DNA of 64,000 nucleotides. It comes from an uncultured delta proteobacterium. GTDB taxonomy: Bacteria; Desulfobacterota; Zymogenia; Zymogenales; Zymogenaceae. The stretch lies in the NCBI GenBank assembly GCA_963792965.1, contig CAWBYW010000016.1, positions 115,925 to 179,924 of the forward strand. Reading direction: 5' to 3'. The position numbers and the translations under genes were made by a program. Of this stretch, positions 63,169-64,000 are shown piece by piece (the stretch's first letter is position 1; each line of letters opens with the position of its first letter). The notes under the pieces were generated by a model. The model saw only the letters and a list, made by a program, of their open reading frames with translations. It was not told the DNA's origin and ran no database searches.

Positions 63169-63295
63169 TTCTTACTTGCTCAAGGCGCATGCCGGCTCCA
63201 GGGAGGGAAGGGGCCGTTGCCGGTGATCCGGGGAGAGGAGGATGACGCCGATCTTTCCGGCGCCGGGGACGTGAATAGAGGGGAGGACCGAGCCG

Positions 63296-64000
63296 TTATC
63301 CGTCCTGCTTCTGCCATTCATCGAGGCGGCAGCAGGAAACGCGGTGCCCTTTCTCCACTTCGACCATGGGCGGGACGAACTCGCAGCACGACGGGTCGTC
63401 CACCGGGCAGCGGGTATGAAACCGGCATCCCGGCGGCGGTGATATGGCCGACGGGATCTCTCCCCTCGGGATGGCGTGGGCCCTGCGCATCTTCGGGTCC
63501 GGCACCGGAACCGCAGACAGGAGGGCCCGTGTATAGGGATGCATCGGGTTGTGAAAAACCTGGTCCACCGTGCCGATCTCCACGATGATTCCGAGATACA
63601 TGATCGCGATCCGGTCGCAGATATATTTCGCGGTCGCAAGGTCGTGGGTCACAAAGAGGTAGGTGAGCGATAGATCTTCTTTCAGCTCTCGCATCATCTC
63701 GAGGATCAGCGCCCGCACCGAAACGTCCGCCATGGCGATCGGCTCGTCGGCCACCACCAGCTTGGGGGAAAGGACGAGTGCCCGCGCAAGGACCACCCTC
63801 TGCTTTTGCCCCCCCGAGAGGAGATGGGGATAGCGCTTGTAGATGTCGTTCACGGGGGTGAGCGCCACCCGCCTCATGACTTCCTTGACCCGCTCTTCCC
63901 GTTCTTTCTTATTTCCGATTTTCTGAATCACGAGAGAATAGCCGATATTATCGCCGACCGTCATGCGGGGGTTCAGCGACGCATGCGGGTCCTGAAACAC
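63296..64000 (-). CDS. oligopeptide/dipeptide ABC transporter ATP-binding protein (OppD/DppD-like), 5' end outside the window
   Basis: LSGGQKQRVVLARAL signature, Walker B LVVADEP, and a C-terminal oligo_HPY-like Cys-rich tail. The N-terminus (Walker A) lies beyond position 64000. Confidence 0.8.
   Translation of the reverse strand: MFQDPHASLNPRMTVGDNIGYSLVIQKIGNKKEREERVKEVMRRVALTPVNDIYKRYPHLLSGGQKQRVVLARALVLSPKLVVADEPIAMADVSVRALILEMMRELKEDLSLTYLFVTHDLATAKYICDRIAIMYLGIIVEIGTVDQVFHNPMHPYTRALLSAVPVPDPKMRRAHAIPRGEIPSAISPPPGCRFHTRCPVDDPSCCEFVPPMVEVEKGHRVSCCRLDEWQKQDG

Noticed and set aside
1-64000. Mobile elements, prophage or rRNA
   Set aside because: No transposase, integrase, phage structural, or rRNA-like sequence was recognized. 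The only mobile-element-like signal is the small AT-rich cassette at 4381-4975.

Overview
This is a GC-rich (about 60-65%) bacterial chromosomal window. The gene content (many PAS/GAF sensor kinases, TPR proteins, an alpha-2-macroglobulin locus, V4R and Fe-S proteins, a selA homolog) fits an anaerobic deltaproteobacterium-like organism, but taxonomy cannot be fixed from sequence alone. About 55 genes can be supported. I found no rRNA, tRNA, CRISPR array, IS element or prophage.

Gene blocks, left to right:
- A nucleoside-salvage cluster on the minus strand (787-7271): an MmgE/PrpD-family protein, an SCP2-like protein, two MtaD-like deaminases (one fused in frame to a PNP-family phosphorylase) and a cupin. 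An AT-rich 0.6 kb cassette (4381-4975) sits inside it, carrying a Cys-rich DUF3795-like gene flanked by three copies of a 27-bp palindromic repeat.
- A giant periplasmic TPR gene (about 1170 aa) translationally coupled to a TPR/CHAT-like protein.
- An HD-domain phosphohydrolase, a small TPR protein, and an intact ABC uptake operon (binding protein, internal terminator, permease, ATPase).
- radA.
- A minus-strand sensor cluster: sensor kinase 2, a stand-alone receiver, and hybrid kinase 1 (about 1440 aa: receiver, multiple PAS domains, GAF, kinase core, receiver).
- An RDD/zinc-ribbon membrane protein, rsmE and a CHASE2 adenylate/guanylate cyclase.
- A PMT-family glycosyltransferase on the plus strand.
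- A long co-directional minus-strand block (47792 down to 33177): PfkB kinase, selA (selenocysteine synthase), a small EF-Tu/SelB domain-II-like protein, an EcfA-like ATPase, a lipoprotein, a DUF2138-like protein, a DUF1175-like protein, an alpha-2-macroglobulin (1547 codons), a transpeptidase-only PBP, and two small secreted proteins.
- An APH-like kinase fused to a P-loop domain, an AcuC-like deacetylase and a MEMO1-like protein.
- A beta-CASP MBL-fold ribonuclease, two QueG-like 4Fe-4S proteins, an O-methyltransferase, an MFS transporter of the GPH family, a V4R-domain protein, rph-rdgB, an AraC-type pseudo-receiver regulator and a partial DppD/OppD ATPase at the window edge.

The most notable observation is in the alpha-2-macroglobulin. 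Its reading frame is continuous except for one in-frame TGA that falls exactly on the thioester cysteine codon (...GYPYG-TGA-NEQ..., where homologs have PYG-C-G/L-EQ). An 8-bp stem with a GUU loop starts 12 nt after the UGA, which fits a bacterial SECIS element. selA lies about 5 kb upstream on the same strand. This is either a candidate selenocysteine-containing thioester protein, which has not been described, or a nonsense-inactivated gene.

A second pervasive feature: many genes are broken by 1-bp indels, mostly in G/C homopolymer runs. Affected genes are selA, both sensor kinases, the giant TPR gene, the APH kinase, MEMO1, one MtaD, EcfA, the DUF2138-like gene and others. Long neighbouring genes, including the 4.6 kb macroglobulin, are intact. 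No gene carries an internal nonsense codon. This points to homopolymer sequencing or assembly error concentrated in particular regions rather than real gene decay, but the two cannot be separated without reads.
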